Positions 62,830 to 64,000 of a stretch of DNA of 64,000 nucleotides are shown here, in pieces; the stretch's first letter is position 1, and each line of letters starts with the position of its first letter. Source of the DNA: an uncultured Chthonomonadaceae bacterium (GTDB lineage Bacteria; Armatimonadota; Chthonomonadetes; Chthonomonadales; Chthonomonadaceae); the NCBI GenBank assembly GCA_963817895.1, contig CAWFQB010000014.1, forward strand, positions 704,001 to 768,000, read 5' to 3'. A program made the translations under genes and the position numbers. Below the pieces are notes generated by a model that saw only the letters and a list, made by a program, of their open reading frames with translations, searched no databases and was not told where the DNA came from.

Positions 62830-63156
62830 ATGTCCGAACCTACCGTACAAACAATGGAAGAGCGCTTTCCGCATGTTACGCAGGAGTATCTGGAAGAGAT
62901 TGCCCGAATGGGAGAAGTGATCTACGAAAAGCTGAAGCCTAAACTGGAACCCGTTTATAACAACCACTTTATTACGATTCATGTGGACAATGAGGATTAC
63001 GCTATCGGCAAGAACTCCTCAATGGCTACCCGCGCCATTCGCCAGCGCCAGCCGCTTGATGGGCGCCTCTACTGCCGCAAAATAGGCGATGAGCCGGACT
63101 ACGGGTTGGCTGTAGGCTATATGCTTTCCGATAAGAGAAAGGCGCGACAAAAATGA
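62830..63156 (+). CDS. Small hypothetical protein (DUF5678-like), partner of an aspartic protease
   Basis: GAGGAG RBS; overlaps the next gene; homolog remnant at 4741. Confidence 0.75.
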   Translation: MSEPTVQTMEERFPHVTQEYLEEIARMGEVIYEKLKPKLEPVYNNHFITIHVDNEDYAIGKNSSMATRAIRQRQPLDGRLYCRKIGDEPDYGLAVGYMLSDKRKARQK

Positions 63157-63515
63157 TGTTTGGTCATTTTCGCGATGGCTTTCCGCGCATCATGCTGACA
63201 TTGCCGGGACATTCCGGGCCAATAAATATCGAGTTTATTTTGGATACAGCCTTCGATGGCGAGTTGGCTGTACCGGGTCATGTGCTTACACAGTTACAGG
63301 TAGGTTTTCAGATGGATAAGCGATTTCGCTTTGCGGACGGCACGGAAGCCTACCAACCCACCTACGAAATACTGTTGGAATGGGATGGACAGGCGCGTCT
63401 CACCGAAGTGATACAACTGGAAAATGCGCCGTTGTTAGGCGTACAGCTAATGAACGGCAAATTCCTGCAAGCGGAAATGACGGACGGCGGCGAAGTGTCT
63501 CTCGACGATTTGTAA
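63153..63515 (+). CDS. Clan AA (retropepsin-like) aspartic protease
   Basis: FILDTAFDGEL (DTG-like), FADG and PLLG motifs. Confidence 0.82.
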   Translation: MMFGHFRDGFPRIMLTLPGHSGPINIEFILDTAFDGELAVPGHVLTQLQVGFQMDKRFRFADGTEAYQPTYEILLEWDGQARLTEVIQLENAPLLGVQLMNGKFLQAEMTDGGEVSLDDL

Positions 63516-63607
63516 ACAATTTTCATAACGAAACGCGCGGACACTCCGTTTTCTCCTCTCCGTGTCCTCCGTGTTCTCCGTGGTTTATCCGGTTTTTGGA
63601 GGCTAAT

Positions 63608-64000
63608 GTGATTGCGCAATTAACGGGTCTGATTGCCCGCGTGGAAGGCAACAGCATCATTGTGGATGTAGGCGGCGTCGGGTATCAGGTGTTTGTACCC
63701 GCGACCGTGCTATCGTTGCTACCGGAAGTGGGCGCGAAAGCAACCCTTGTCACGCATCTAATCGTGCGAGAAGACGAAATGACGCTGTACGGTTTCAGCG
63801 CACAGACGGAATTGCAGGCGTTTCGGATACTGCTCGGCGTATCGGGCGTCGGCCCGAAAGTTGCCCTTGCCCTGCTGTCCACGCTGGATGTCGGAGAATT
63901 GTCGCGCGCCCTGTCCACGTCCGATACCCGCGTGATTACCAAAGTGCCGGGGGTTGGGCCGAAACTGGCGCAGCGCATGTGCCTTGAGTTGGGCGACAAG
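63608..64000 (+). CDS. ruvA: Holliday junction branch migration protein RuvA (3'-partial; not in the ORF track)
   Basis: GTG start; IAQLTG...VDVGGVGYQV...VREDEMTLYGF...VSGVGPKVAL...VPGVGPKLAQR. Confidence 0.95.
   Translation, partial: MIAQLTGLIARVEGNSIIVDVGGVGYQVFVPATVLSLLPEVGAKATLVTHLIVREDEMTLYGFSAQTELQAFRILLGVSGVGPKVALALLSTLDVGELSRALSTSDTRVITKVPGVGPKLAQRMCLELGDK

Noticed and set aside
1..64000. tRNA or rRNA genes
   Set aside because: No cloverleaf or rRNA-like sequence was recognised by eye.

Overview
A 64-kb bacterial chromosome segment, mostly GC-rich. It probably comes from a Terrabacteria-group diderm such as Armatimonadota (inference: DnaK lacks the Gram-negative NBD insertion, gene order is dnaK-dnaJ-prmA, and outer-membrane beta-barrels are present). 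Housekeeping content: mnmE (partial), an M16 peptidase split by an intact 1255-bp IS1-like element with a 9-bp target duplication, ndh, topoisomerase IB, rpoZ, a lidless dnaK with dnaJ and prmA, ppk2, an ABC exporter, ada/alkA-ogt, ggt, a Mg2+ uptake cluster (NRMT-type NRAMP, porin, mgtE), a copper cluster (RAPP-ending leader protein, multicopper oxidase, YHS, csoR, copA), ppx, hisG and ruvA (partial). Many genes carry single-base frameshifts that most likely reflect long-read errors. Two accessory regions stand out. (1) An AT-richer, translationally coupled two-gene cassette at 21317-23498 encodes an intact HD-family dGTPase and a CCA/poly(A)-polymerase-like nucleotidyltransferase resembling Hailong HalB. 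It is a candidate undescribed anti-phage system and the top finding. (2) A decayed island at about 30.7-33.3 kb holds a LexA-like HTH pseudogene, a 33-aa type I toxin-like peptide behind a long hairpin, and two different solitary CRISPR-repeat-like units with no cas genes. Several REP/MITE and 7-9-mer tandem repeat families recur, some inserted in frame inside genes.
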